In this document: one piece after another, positions 38,264 through 51,100 of the stretch
Numbering within the stretch: the stretch's first letter is position 1
How the letters are laid out: every line of letters starts with the position of its first letter
NCBI GenBank assembly: GCA_965637545.1
Contig: OZ281497.1
Coordinates: 18,290,001-18,354,000, forward strand
From: Phallusia mammillata
Lineage: Eukaryota
Direction: 5' to 3'
Length of the DNA stretch: 64,000 bases
Notes under the pieces: model-generated
What the model saw: only the letters and a program-made list of their open reading frames with translations
What the model was told of the DNA's origin: nothing
The model's database searches: none
Program-made: the position numbers and the translations under genes

Positions 38264-39595
38264 ATGAACTTTATACAAAATTGTCTGTCGAGGCATTCGT
38301 CCGAAAAATTTTCTGCAACACTTGAAGAAATTTTTGAAAAGTACAAAGTATTGTACAATGAGATTGATGACTCCATCATTGAAACACGCTCTGGGAGAAA
38401 AGTATTTGTAGGAAAACCGCATGATTTTGAAGTTGAAACTAATCCATCATATTCTTTTCATGAAGATGTAGATTTGTCCTCAGAAAGCGATGATGCTAAA
38501 GGTGAACAATGGGACAATGTAAGTTTGCTTTCATATTCACATTTAAATGGCATTGCAAATGTTTGTGGGGCAATAAACAAGCAAAAACATATGACCGAAA
38601 GCACCAGACTAAGTGACCTATCAGAGGAATCAAATCACAGCTGTGAAAGTGAAAATGATGATGATTTCTGGAAATTGCCCCTGAAGAGTTTTTCCATGGC
38701 ACATTCTGTTCAAACAAATGTTTCAAAACATTCTGATTTTCTGAGAAAGGATATTTTAGAAGATAGCTTCGATGTAAATGAAGATCATGGAAAATACAAA
38801 ATGAGTGCAGCAAAAAATGAAACTGTGGGCATCAGTCAACATCCACGGAATCGATTGTTGGATTTTGATGAGGATGAAACAACTGTCCAACAGGATGAGG
38901 ATCGCCACACTGACTCATTTAGCTCTAACGAAGAAAACAGTTTAAGTTTAAGATCACATCTTCATCCTGTTCCAGCAGTTTCCAGTACCAACCAACCTTT
39001 TTCACCCACAAATCACTTATCTTCTCCATTTAAAAGAGTTACTTTGGGTCCTGTACACACTGAAGACAACATACTTGCAGCTTCTCCAGAATGTAATTCT
39101 ACAATTAGTAACCGTCATTCTTCAATGTCATTAGATGGATCATATTGTAAACGACATGAGTCTCGAACTAATAACCATGTCTCGAATAGAGAAAAGGACA
39201 TTGTAACGATTAGGCCAAAGACGAAATCGAATTGGGAGTTTGATAAATCCTCCAACATCAGGAATTCAGGTCAGACAAAGTTAGTTAAGTCAAGCACAAC
39301 TCCAGAATGCAGATCAGCACCAAAGGTTTTCAATAGAGTAATTACTAAAAGTTCATCCAAAAAACATGTTCGCAAAATTTTTCATGAAAACTGCTCACAC
39401 AATCAATCAGAAAATTTGGCAATAAAACCAAAGCATAAAAAAATACCAGTGGATATATTGTGTTCTTCTGATGAGGAAAACTCCAATGACTTCAACTGCA
39501 AAACTCCGAAAAGGCACTTTAGGCCACAAAAAACTGTATCAAGTACAATGAAACTTCGTAGTGGGAAAGCAAAGACAAATATATTTCATTGTTAA
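38264..39595 (+). CDS. 443-aa single-exon protein: putative Scm3/HJURP-like N-terminal domain plus long Ser/acidic disordered region and basic C-terminus
   Basis: Long open ORF. An acceptor ttcag ending 38244 and an in-frame stop at 38249 fix the ATG at 38264. The N-terminus SSEKFSATLEEIFEKY...IIETRSGRKVFVG resembles the Scm3 domain by eye. The CDS is well supported; the family call is tentative. Confidence 0.7.
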   Translation: MNFIQNCLSRHSSEKFSATLEEIFEKYKVLYNEIDDSIIETRSGRKVFVGKPHDFEVETNPSYSFHEDVDLSSESDDAKGEQWDNVSLLSYSHLNGIANVCGAINKQKHMTESTRLSDLSEESNHSCESENDDDFWKLPLKSFSMAHSVQTNVSKHSDFLRKDILEDSFDVNEDHGKYKMSAAKNETVGISQHPRNRLLDFDEDETTVQQDEDRHTDSFSSNEENSLSLRSHLHPVPAVSSTNQPFSPTNHLSSPFKRVTLGPVHTEDNILAASPECNSTISNRHSSMSLDGSYCKRHESRTNNHVSNREKDIVTIRPKTKSNWEFDKSSNIRNSGQTKLVKSSTTPECRSAPKVFNRVITKSSSKKHVRKIFHENCSHNQSENLAIKPKHKKIPVDILCSSDEENSNDFNCKTPKRHFRPQKTVSSTMKLRSGKAKTNIFHC

Positions 39596-40665
39596 ATTAT
39601 AGCTGTGTCATTTCTGTAGTAAATTTACAATTTATACATAAACAACTATATGTATATTTATGTTGTTTTAAACATGTATAAATTATTTTCTTTAACCATT
39701 TCACGATTTTATTGAAAGCTCTCTTTTAGTCACCAAGTAGAATTTGACAGTTAGCGGCATTGAAAGTTGTTAAATAACATTGAAAGCAACTATTGGTCAA
39801 GGCGAAGAATCCAGTTCAAGAATGTTTGCCAAACCCAACACTGAGAATTATCCTGGAAAGTTTTACCTTGCAACGAAGTTACAGGCAAGTCCATTCGGTG
39901 TTAAATACAACAGACACAGTTTTTCATAAATTATGTCAATCATTTCTTACAAGTTTTCACTTAGTGCAATAATCTTAATATTGTAGTGAGATTTATCAGT
40001 CCAGTGTCATATAATGCAATTAGTCATTGTTCAAGTTTAAGTAGTTGTAATAATCAGGGTTTTGTAGTCCTAGAGTTGAACAGTTAGATTAAAGTCAAAT
40101 ATTCGTAGTCTTTATCACTGCAACCAGAAATAAACAAAAAAGCTATAATTGCAGTGGGCTTACAAACATTCTCCAAGGTATGTGTCTTTGTCAACACCTA
40201 AAAATGTATTCGAGGTGTCAGCATGCGCTTTGTCACTCTAAAGATTTAAACTGCACAATCACAAAACAGCCCAGAGCTAACAGAAGTATATTTTGTTACA
40301 ATATGTTATGATGTGAGGTAATACGGTTTCATCGATTATTGCCAATGGTCAAGTCTGATACAAGTGGATTTCACCTCTTTAATGTACAAACTATATTTTT
40401 TGCTGCTTTCGTCAATATCATGCACAAATCATGTGCATAAAACCTCTGTGTTGATTGACTTTAAACCAAACGTTATTGGCCTACAGGTCATGTAAATGCA
40501 GTACAACGAACTGCATTTTATTTGACATATAGGATGTAACGTTTTGTGTCAAATTGTCTACAGAGTTTGTGTAAACAACCTAATAATCGCATATTTGTGG
40601 TTATAGTGCGGCAGAGTCAACTTAATATGTTTTTCTGATTGACTGTAAATCCTGACAGTCTACAG

Positions 40666-41023
40666 CAGTGGTTCCCAACCAGGGCCCATGGCCCCCCAGG
40701 GGGGCCACGAGCTGTGTTCTGGGGGGGCACGGGTGTAGATTCACCAGAAACACCCACTAACAGCCATTTTCTTTTTAACATTATTCCCTAATTTAATCGA
40801 CTATTTCACATACTATTTGTGTATAGTGAGGTTTTCACAATTACAGATTCTTATTTACGCTATTGGACCTGTTTAAAGCCTAAATTAGTACCAAATTTCA
40901 ACACGAGATTGCCATTTACATTTTTAGGGGGACCACAGGTCCTACAGGGTTACTTGAGGGGGGCCACGAAGCCCAAAAGTTACTTTTAGGGGGCCACGGT
41001 CCACAAAAGGTTGGGAACCACTG
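40666..41023. mobile_element. hAT (Buster/Charlie-type) MITE (358 bp)
   Basis: Perfect TIRs CAGTGGTTCCCAACC. Perfect 8-bp TSD GTCTACAG at 40658-40665 and 41024-41031. GGGGGCCAC subterminal repeats. Confidence 0.93.
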
Positions 41024-41117
41024 GTCTACAGTTTCAATATTCGAAAACTGCGCACGGTATGACACAATAATTTTTTTATGACACAATAAGAAACGTAAAT
41101 TGCCGTGTTGCTGTCCA

Positions 41118-44100
41118 CTATGCATCTTCAGATGACGATCTCATTCCTGCCATTTCATTTTCAATTGCTTGCAAGGAATGCTCCCTTGCTTTTTCCCATT
41201 TGTGAGGTCCACTTAAACGGAAGTGATACGGGAGTGGAGGTCCAAAGTAAACATTAAAGGCAAGCTTGGGGTCAGTAAACAGCAGCCATGAAAATGACGG
41301 TAACAACTTCATATACTTGGCTAATTCTTCGCGATATTCGAGTATAGTTACCTGTTGTAACAAAACATGCACATTCATAATACAACAACAACATCTTTTT
41401 ATCTATTGCTAACCCGGTAAACATATTCGCCCTCCGCTCTTCGAATGATGCTCTCCCTTTGTTGCTTCCAAAGTTTTTTCATTTCAATCTTTGACGGCAA
41501 AGATCTCTCACCGCTTAAAACTTGAGCAACATATCGGCTCTAGACAAAACATTGGACAAGTCAGATACACAGCAATAAAGTGACTTGAAAACACCACACA
41601 AGGGACAACCTGTAGTTCTGCTGTCGAATTCACAGGACCGTTGCCGATTGGAATTAATCCAACAAAAGTTAAAGTGTCGGAATGTTTGGCTTCAATCGGA
41701 AATATCCACCAATGTAGTTTACGGTCACTGGCATTTGCTAAAGAGTAATAGCTTACATATTGCCAAGGTAGCTTCTAAGGTATCACCGTTGAACAAAACC
41801 TACCTGGAATAACGTGTTTAGGCAAAAACGGAAATTTTGAGGTGTACCCTGTGGAAACCACAACGATGTCCACATGCTCCTTGGATCCGTCTTCAAATGT
41901 AACACTGTGTTCATCGAAGCATTTTATACCAGGCTTTACCTTAACTTGTCCGCTGTATATTTTAATCTGTATTTGGTCGTTCATAGCAACGGTGCCGCGC
42001 AAACTGCCTATTGGATACCTAGAACATAAATGATTTACAATTGTAAGGTAATTCCTAGTAGGCCTAAGGTCACTTACTGTGAGGTTAGGCCACTGGCTGT
42101 ATGGTCAAATCGGCTTTCAAATAGAGATCGCAAGATTGATTGTACCATCCAGGTGGGGGCAAGTTTCACCAGCGAGGCTTTAAAGCGATTTATGCCGGCC
42201 AGATCAACAGGCAAACCTTTGGACTACATATATGTTAGTTGGTGTTTCGTATCTAAACAAAACGCTGAAGGTTTCCTTACCAATGACATTCGTGGTAATA
42301 ACCAAGCTCCATGTCGTGCGCTGATGTAAATCTTTTGTGTTAACTCGGCACATTCTACGGCAATGTCACAACCCGAGTGTCCGCATCCGATAATCACAAC
42401 CGACTTATCTGTTAAAATTATTGTAGGCTATCAACAAAATGTGACAGGAATTTTTTTTACTTTATGTACCTCGGAAACTTTCGTTGGCTTCGAACACTCC
42501 ACTAGAAATTATTTCCCCTTTGAATTTGTCGCTGAGACCCGGGATGTCCGGACGAATTTGTTCGTTCAACTGACCCGTCGCGACGATAACTGCTCTGAAT
42601 TCCTTTTCAATTTCTTCCTTACCAGTTTTAATGCAGACTATCCAGGAGCCTGAAAAGCAAGGGTTATAGGCAGGGTTGCAATACTGTCCTTATTTCTAAG
42701 ATTTGTGCTTACTTCGAAGGGTAATGTCTTAGAAAAATTTTCTGTCCTTATTTGTTAGGACTGTCCTTGTTTTTGGCTTGAGTCCTTATTTTGTCTTATT
42801 TTTAACAATTACAAGTTAAATTCCTGCTAAAAGTAAACCTAGACCTGGGTTGTCGTGATATGCAAGAAGTATTTCCTACGAACAAGGAGTTGCTGGAACA
42901 GATTGTTCCTGGCAAAAAATATGACATGTGATATGCCATGGCTCGTTTAAATGCGAAGATTTGTACGAAAAAGTTTGTTTCGTTTGGTATGAAAATTCAA
43001 TTTTTCGGTTGCCCTTATTTCGGGGTCAATGTCGATGGCATCCCTAGTTATAGGTGAACTTGTACAGTAACAACAGTTTTCACAAGCACTTTTGGTGACA
43101 TCATTGTTTCCTTGTGACGAACCAAAAGTAACAATAATAATACTTTGGGCCTTGTGTACCGGTTTCATCGTGGGTCGCTGATTCTCGAACCGAAGTAACT
43201 TCTGTATTATAAATCACGTGTTCAAGCAGGTTGAAATGTTCTGCATACATTCGAAGATATTCCAACGTTTGTTTCTGTCGTAAGTAAGGTGGCCATTCCT
43301 GTGAGAAAATGAGAAAGAAGTTCAAAGTAGTAAAGCATCTACTCTGCTTAATTGGGTGGGACTAAAACCAAATATTCGGCACTTATGCTGAATAAAATCA
43401 ACCGAATCACTTATGACGTCACGTGAAATTGTACGCAACAATTTTGACATAAAAATATAAGTTTTACTACAAGGCAAACAGCGGCGTTTCCACAACAGCA
43501 TAGTTGTGTTTTAAAATCATATTATTTCTGGTTTTCAATGCTTTAGAAATTTATATTTTGGGTTATTACGCAATTGAAAGATTATGTATTAATTAAGCAG
43601 AACAGTTACTTTTTACCGTCATAAAATTGTGTTCGTAAAGATGCGGCTTTTGCCTTACCTTGGGAACAGGAAAGTCAGAGAAACACGACCCTTCCTTGCT
43701 AACGTTAGCTACCAATGACTCGTAGATTTGCGGAATAAATCCAGTCCGTTTTCGTTCGGCTGTGTTCCACAATCCTCCTTTACAACAATTCTTTTTAAAC
43801 AACTGGATAGTTTCGGTAGTTAAAATGTTTCCCTAATTTGTATATGTTATAGACATAAACGTCTTGTTCTCATGTACGCTATATAACCTAACACAGGCTA
43901 TATAGTAAGCTCCAAAAGGGAGCTTATACATTATGATGAATTATATTACATTATGATGATACATTATGATGAATTATACTTTATTTCCGTTTATAAAACT
44001 CATAACAATGTACATGGTCGCGTATATACCTATGTCTGATGCTTTCTCATAGCACACTGGTGTAAGTCCATACTCCAAGCAAGATTTTATGGTCGCCAAA

Positions 44101-44147
44101 CCAGCAGGGCCGGCTCCAATAATACAGATCTTATCCTTTTCTGCCAT
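41118..44147 (-). CDS. Flavin-containing monooxygenase (class B, FMO family), 10 exons, ~510 aa
   Basis: Exons 44147-44030, 43777-43659, 43298-43160, 42649-42470, 42408-42281, 42223-42078, 42018-41804, 41737-41610, 41539-41414, 41351-41118. FAD motif [24 protein letters not shown], second Rossmann [41 protein letters not shown]. Confidence 0.93.
42681..42945. mobile_element. Truncated inverted copy of the 27163-27543 MITE family in FMO intron 3
   Basis: cagggttgcaatactgtccttatttctaag matches the reverse complement of the right end of the 27163 element. Similarity continues to about 42945. Confidence 0.85.
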
Positions 44148-44336
44148 TACTACTTAAAAACTAAACCACCATGTCAATGCTAGTCTGCAAGTTAAGCGAC
44201 TTGTATAAAAACTTATCACTACTAGGCTACGCACAAAACGCCTGTTCAGCAAACAGTGCCGGCACGTCATGTAAACAAACCCGAAGGCAACTACAACCAG
44301 TGCACAACATAAACGCTGTTTCCTCAGGCTTTGTAA

Positions 44337-44615
44337 CAAGGGTTGGCAACCTACGGCCCGCGTATGGGATCCGGCCCTCGAGCCGCACGCGACCGCATTT
44401 AGAAGTTGTAATTTTTTGAACGGGCGGATGCAATATATGCTATAAATCCCATTCAAGTACCAAAGAGTTTTCAAATTAAACGCTGATAGTTACTAGTTTA
44501 TTACTAAACATAGGCATTGTTACGTACAAAGATAACATTATTGTGTGCTTGTGGGCTTGTCTTGGAACTGTGTCATATTTTTGGCTCGCGCATGCAAAAG
44601 GGTTGTCCAACTTTG
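44337..44615. mobile_element. Degenerate hAT-type MITE (279 bp)
   Basis: caagggttggcaacctacggcccg start and gggttgtccaactttg end. Perfect 8-bp TSD CTTTGTAA at 44329-44336 and 44616-44623. Confidence 0.8.
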
Positions 44616-45168
44616 CTTTGTAACTACGTGAAGTGCCCCATGCAAGGCGCTTGTTAATTTGCACCTGTGCGGCAACAACAAACGTGTAAAATGAATACAA
44701 AACCGCTTGGTAACTTGACTAGACTTCTTACTTGCTAAATATAATGGTGCCTGAAGATGTAGTCTTAGCAAATTACTCATGCACTTGTTGTTCACACCAT
44801 ACGACTGACGATGCTACACTGCTGCAAATTGATGTTTACATTTGTTGCTGATGTAGTTAGTTTTAACTCGAGAATGTCAGCTGGTTCTGCTAGGCTGCTT
44901 CCGTGGTCGCCCTAAGCGCTAGACATTTAAACTGGGCAAAAACAAATCACGCGCATGCTGTGACGTGCTGCCCAACTTTCATGTCACGTATACAACGCGC
45001 TCCCAAAAGGCCAGGCATCAACTGACGGAAATAACAGCTTGATTACAAACTGTTGCCTTTTGACATACCGCTTGTTTTGAGACATCTCATTGTTGAGATA
45101 TAAGTTTATTGCGAAAACAAAGAAATCGTAAGTGCATAGAATTGTGTATCGTGGCGGAATACACTGGA

Positions 45169-48100
45169 CTAGAGCCGGGTGTCGTAGCAACGTAAAACAT
45201 CAACTGACGACACTAAAAGAATCGAAGCCGTCACGCAAGACACAACTTTTTTCGGAAAATCGTTCATTTCATCCAAAGCGGAGTATAGTCGAATGAGGGC
45301 AAGGTAGTTGTCGGGATGGTCGTTTTTCCAAGTTGTCAAAAATCTCCAGGCTCCTTTCCAGGGGTCCTATACAACACACCAAGCATATTAGTGATGAAAA
45401 CAAGTAGCCTACCTGAGCAGTTTTTACAACTTAGTATAGGCCAGGGGTTCCCAAACTTTTTTGGTCTGTGGCCCAAATGTCTATTTAATAGCGATTCGTG
45501 GCCCACCACGTGCTGTAAATTTGGGCACAAACAAAAAAATAACTCAAAAACAGGCGAAATTTTCCAGCAATTTATTTTAAATGAGATACATGCTCCTGAA
45601 ATTTAGCTACAAAATTCAGAATTCTTTGCAAAAATTACGTTTTTCAAAACAAAGCGCATAACATCTACAGTATTACAAAACAGTAGAATCTATTCAAATG
45701 GCTCTGTGGCCCATTGAAAATGTCTTGGTGGCCCACTACTGGGCCATGGCCCACAGTTTGGGAACCACTGGTATAGGCGGTTTGATTGTACGTTTACCCG
45801 ATTAGTTTCATCACACATGACATACATTTAGCTGCATTAAAATAACGGTACACGGCCATACCAATTTGTCAGCTTTTGACTGTTTTGTTATGTCTCCAAC
45901 TGTATTGTTTCCATATCCAAGCTTCTGTGCTAAAGCCGACCAACGGTTGGCGATTGCCAAGGCAACTGAGAAGAGACAACCGTCGATAACCAGCTCATTG
46001 ACAAGCTCGTATTCTTCAGCATATAGAAGTGCTTTTATGATTTCCTGACAGGGTGATTTTAGGCGAGGTCCAGATGAACAGTACTCCTGGCGAAAACAAA
46101 CAAACAGTATTTTAAAACGGAAACCCTTATAATAGTGTTTGCTAAAAAAATATTTTATGGCGGCCTATCTTTTCTCTGTTGACAGTAAAAAAAGCTAAAA
46201 ACAGTTACGTTTAAAAATACCTTGTATTTTGAAAAAAAGTGAGCCAACATATTGATCTTAGTCGAGGATGCGATTTCAGCGCTTACTGCTTTTAGCACAA
46301 ACGATCGGCCATACTGAATTGATTCCATTACGGGCTGCCACGCGATGTCCCTCTCGAGCAATTTCTTTTGTATTCGCGGAAAGGAAAAGTTGAAATGTTG
46401 CACTGCGGATAAAAAAAACGTACTTCACACCTTCTGTTCATCTATGTGCTGACAGCTTTGGCTATTATGTTTGAATGGTGGATAATAGGACCAAAAGAAT
46501 TATGTATTTGGAGCGTAAACATCGATGTCGATGGAATCGCAGTCATTTTTTTAACCGAAACTTTAGACACACAAAAAGCATTGTTCCTTTTAGGCTCAAA
46601 TCAAATTAATGATTTGCATTTACGTGGTTCGGTGACAGCCTCCACAACGCTCTTCACGGACGGCCTCGCTTTGTTCCAGTCGTAAAATTCGTCAAAAGCG
46701 ATGTGGCGCACGTGGTTGGTTTGAACAAGTCCTGTAAAGTATAGGTAATTACCACTAAAGCCACTTTTATGCGGATGTTTTCCCACATACAACATTTAAT
46801 ACTATTCTAACCTGATTTATGTTTCGCGTATGCAAGAAGGCATTCGAACGATTTCTCCCTGTCGTTTATGACGAGCGTTTTATCGCTGATCACCACAAGA
46901 TAATCAGCCTGGTCGTAACTTAACATGTGAGGGCTTGGTATTCCTTGCCTGTAAAACAATTAAAGTTATAGAGTCAGCAAAAGTAAGCTACATTACGTGA
47001 GATAAAACAAGGGCCCTTTTTGACATTTAATACAATTGATATTAGTTAAACATAAGGCATGCCGTATAAACCCACCTCCATTTGTCGCTACGTCGTTGCG
47101 TTATAGCCAAACGCAGAGGGCACAAACGTCTCGCGGAACCTGGGACAGAACGACCCTTCAACATGGATTTGTCAACCAGCTGTAGCAAGTGCCATTGGCG
47201 AACAAAATCACAATGAGCTAAGTGAGCATGCTTGACGGAAAGTCCTGCTTTGTTGAACCGGGTAATTGCTTTGTACGGCGACAGGTTGTTATCTCTTAAC
47301 GCTGGCGGGTCCAACTTGACCTTCCTTTCCCGTCGGTCCTCATTGCCTGTCAGCATTAACGTGAGTCCAAACTTTGACTTGGGAGATACCGGGGTTGGGT
47401 CGTTGTCCGTAATCCGTATTACAAAATTGTGGTTGATTCGGACGGCAGTGTTTATGTCTTCAGTCGATATAGTGCAGTTCCAGCCACTTGTGTCCACCGA
47501 TAAGGAAGACAACTGCGGCGTCTGCACTTCGATGCCAAAACCTTGGACTAATTGCATTGGCATCTTGAAACTGTTCCACCGAAGTAGATTTAACCTGTGT
47601 ATTGCCGTATTGATGAATTTCTACGAACTTAACAAATGTTTTGAACATCATTTGTTACACCTTTTATACAACGTGTTTAAGCATGCCTTATCTAGGTTTT
47701 GTTGATAAAGTGTGATGCAAGCGCAGTAGCCTAAACTGTGATACATACTACATGAACAGCCAACTTACTTTTTTGTTCCGTGTGTCACAGTCAGAAAGGG
47801 TGGAACAAAGCCTGTTGGGGAAATGGAAACGCAGCAAATCGATTCAAAATCAATGTGCTTAGGTCCGTACACACCCACACCGAGAGTCTTCAAACCGATT
47901 AGGTCCGATAACGCATAATGAAAACACACTTTCATCACTGGTACAACGTAAAGGGTGAAACTATCTGCAAAAAAGTAAAAATTAATTGAACTGCGAATTT
48001 CTGTTCAACGTTGACACTATTGCACACTTACCGTTGGTATTTTGCTGCTCGTTGCCTAAATCAAGAGTAGCCTGAAGAGTATCTCCGAACTGGAAGCAGG

Positions 48101-51100
48101 CCTTTACTTCACAAAAAGGTCCATCGAGCGAGTTACTTTGTAAACAGGTCATAACAAAAGCCTGCATTGATTTGTCACCGTTGGTCTGAAACTAACACAA
48201 AAACAACAAATCTTAAAATATTCAATACTCTTTTTAGACAGAAACTAATTTGTGTTCTTAAAGTATACCAACTGCTTGCTTTAGGCTACCTACTTCGTCA
48301 ATAAAACCCGGCGAAATTTTAAGATTCGTGCTGAGTTGAAGGGTGGCTTCGTGTTGGCACATTTTAGAGTCTACAAAATCCATTCTTACAGCGGGCCCCG
48401 CATGAGCAATTTGTTGAGGTTCGACTTTGCAGCCATCCTTGAAATCCGCTCCCGCAAGAGTCTTTGTGTCGGGTGGATCCTCTAACCCTAACACGATTCG
48501 CCCGTCAAAGTCATCCGGCCCCGGACAAGTAAAATCCCGAACGCTGGAAGAAAAGGTGGAACCGGTATAGGACGAAGAGGAAGCGTTTCTCTTTTTATTG
48601 GAGGAATTTCGCTTATTTTCCAATCTGGCGCCGCTTAGACTTCCGGCTCTCTCCCGAAGCTTTGAATTTGACTGTAAACCATTACATGAACACTCCGCGC
48701 ATTTTTCACAGGCGTTGATGTGCAGTGATACGTCGGTGCCTGAAATTCGCACCACTCCGCCGGAGCTGCTTACGTCCCTCCATACGTCACCACCGTAGCT
48801 CGTGGAGTTGTTCAGGGTGGTTATGCCATCTGGGGAGTCACGCGGACTGAGAGGTGATTGCGCAATGGCAAGGTCTTCGTACGATTTGTAAAAGCTCTCC
48901 TTGTGTGCGTCGTTTTTGTCAGAGGTCGAACTTCCCGCCCATGAGGTAGTGTCGTCCCATTTCGTTAGACTTGGAGACGATCGTATTGGCGTGCTAGGAC
49001 TGCTTTTGGATCCATGGCGTCTATCACAAAAAAATTTTTGATACATATTTATCGCGTGCTACATCCTCAAACACAACAAATCTTACTTATCTTACTATAA
49101 AAATGACAATTTATTAAGACAACCACATTTTAAAGTTGATTACTTACACAGTTTTGAAGAGTTTAACGGTTTGTGAGAAAGCCATTTGCAGCGATCCTCT
49201 TCCGCGCCGTTTCATTCTGTTGCTCTCAGCATTGGGAATATCGAACGAGGAAAACGAGCGCGTCATTGGTTTACTTCGCGTGGAGGTCTGAGACGGATCC
49301 TCTTCTTCGTCAACAGTTTTTAAAGAGCCACCGTGCTTATAGCTGCGTTCTTTCATAACTCGACTATCACTTTGTGAAACATGCTGCTGATTCTCTTCTT
49401 GGGCCGAATTAACGTTTTTTTTGCCATTTGAGAGGGCGTCAACGTGGCCTAAATCTCCTCCTACGTTATTATGTTGTTTTGTTGACATTGCATAATCCAA
49501 TGAAGTTTTGTCTGTTACATGGTCTTCATCGTTCCTTGCATGAACCCCGTGAAGTTGCTTGCTCGAAATGATGTTAATCGATCTGTGGTCAGTTAAAAAC
49601 ACACGTTTGGTGAATTTTTCATGCAGTGCAGACTAATGATTTAGTTTTGTTGTGCAATTAGCTGCGTCCACATTCGACTTCATCTATCTAATAGCTTTTT
49701 AGTTGTCCGCTTCAGTCTACATTCCGTTCAATAGAGCTATATTAACAGCTACCAATACGTCAGTAAAAATCAATGTCATCGTTTTAACAATCAACAGCTT
49801 CCATTCTGTGGAAATGCCATATGACACGTGCACAATGAAATATTAATGGACAGGTTATATTTCACGGCGAAATCCCACAACCGACAGACACGCGAAAATT
49901 TATGTCCTTCCAATAAAAATCACGATTTTAGTTTCTAAAATTCGCGAAAATGTGAAGTACTGTTGTGCGGTAGCCCGAATTCGTGTTGTTATCAACGTCA
50001 TTTTGAGCCCGTTTGGACCAGGGTTATTGATTGGTTACGTCAGTTACTTCTACAAAGCAGACATTGGAGGCGTCAGACACGAACGCATTTCAACTCCAAT
50101 CGTCATAACTCCGACGTGTAGGCCTGTTGCAAACTGTGCGCGTTTTTATCGTGATTCACGTTGTCCAAAGTTGTCAACTTTACATCGCAACAAAGAGCGG
50201 ATATACCACAGTCAGTAACTTTCAGCTAAATTCTCGGGAACTTCGTAGTTCAACGATAGTTAACACGTTTTGTTGGTGTTTTGTCGCATTAAAGCGCTGT
50301 GGCACATTTGGAGGTTCTCCAATAGCGCTCAATGGAAATATGCCAAAGTCGTGATTTTTTGTTACCACAAGTGTGAAGAGTTTCATGAATTCTTTAACGC
50401 GCTTTCTAGCAATCACATGATTCTAAAATGATCCTCTAGCAGTTAAGAGGCACATATATTTTCTAAACAGCCTCAATTACACACACAATCTCCACATTAA
50501 CAGCCTGAATACTTACGTCGGCCGGACAGGCTTCAGAGATGATTTAGGAGTTTCGACAATATCCCCTCTGGTCCGGTCGCTCTGTTTGTGCGAGGAAATC
50601 TAAAGTGACAGACGTACGTTGGTAAACCAGCACTTGCCTCGCTTGTATTTGCACAACAAGTGACTTACTCGAAGCGTTTCCGCACTTCCATATGACTGTC
50701 GTACATCTGCACTACACGGCATCTGTGCTGTAGGTCGGATGACACAGCGCTGCTGCCTGCGTATTGCACTGCTTTCCCGTGCGTTCTGGTGTGATGAGTC
50801 ACCTGCGATAACAACAGTCAAACGCGATAAATGGAGGTGGAACCGGAAGGCCACGTCACCCGCCCTCTCTATACGCAAACCGATCGACAATGTATTTAAT
50901 AGTTTACGCAAAAAAACTTAATTTAGAACCAACACTGCTTTGGCCTGCGTGCAACAAGGTGTGGCTGAAGTAGCCTACTTTACAAATTTGCTCTAGTTTA
51001 TGGATCAGTGCTTTCTAGTTTATGGCCTGTTATTATTCATACCTCTTCGCCGACGTGTATTGTTCTCGTTCCAGGTAGTGCTTTCAAACTCGGGTATACT

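Noticed and set aside
42947-43168. Cys-rich ORF continuing FMO exon 3
   Set aside because: Intronic; the true next FMO exon is 42649-42470.
43928-43980. atacattatgatg repeats in FMO intron 1
   Set aside because: Ordinary slippage duplication.
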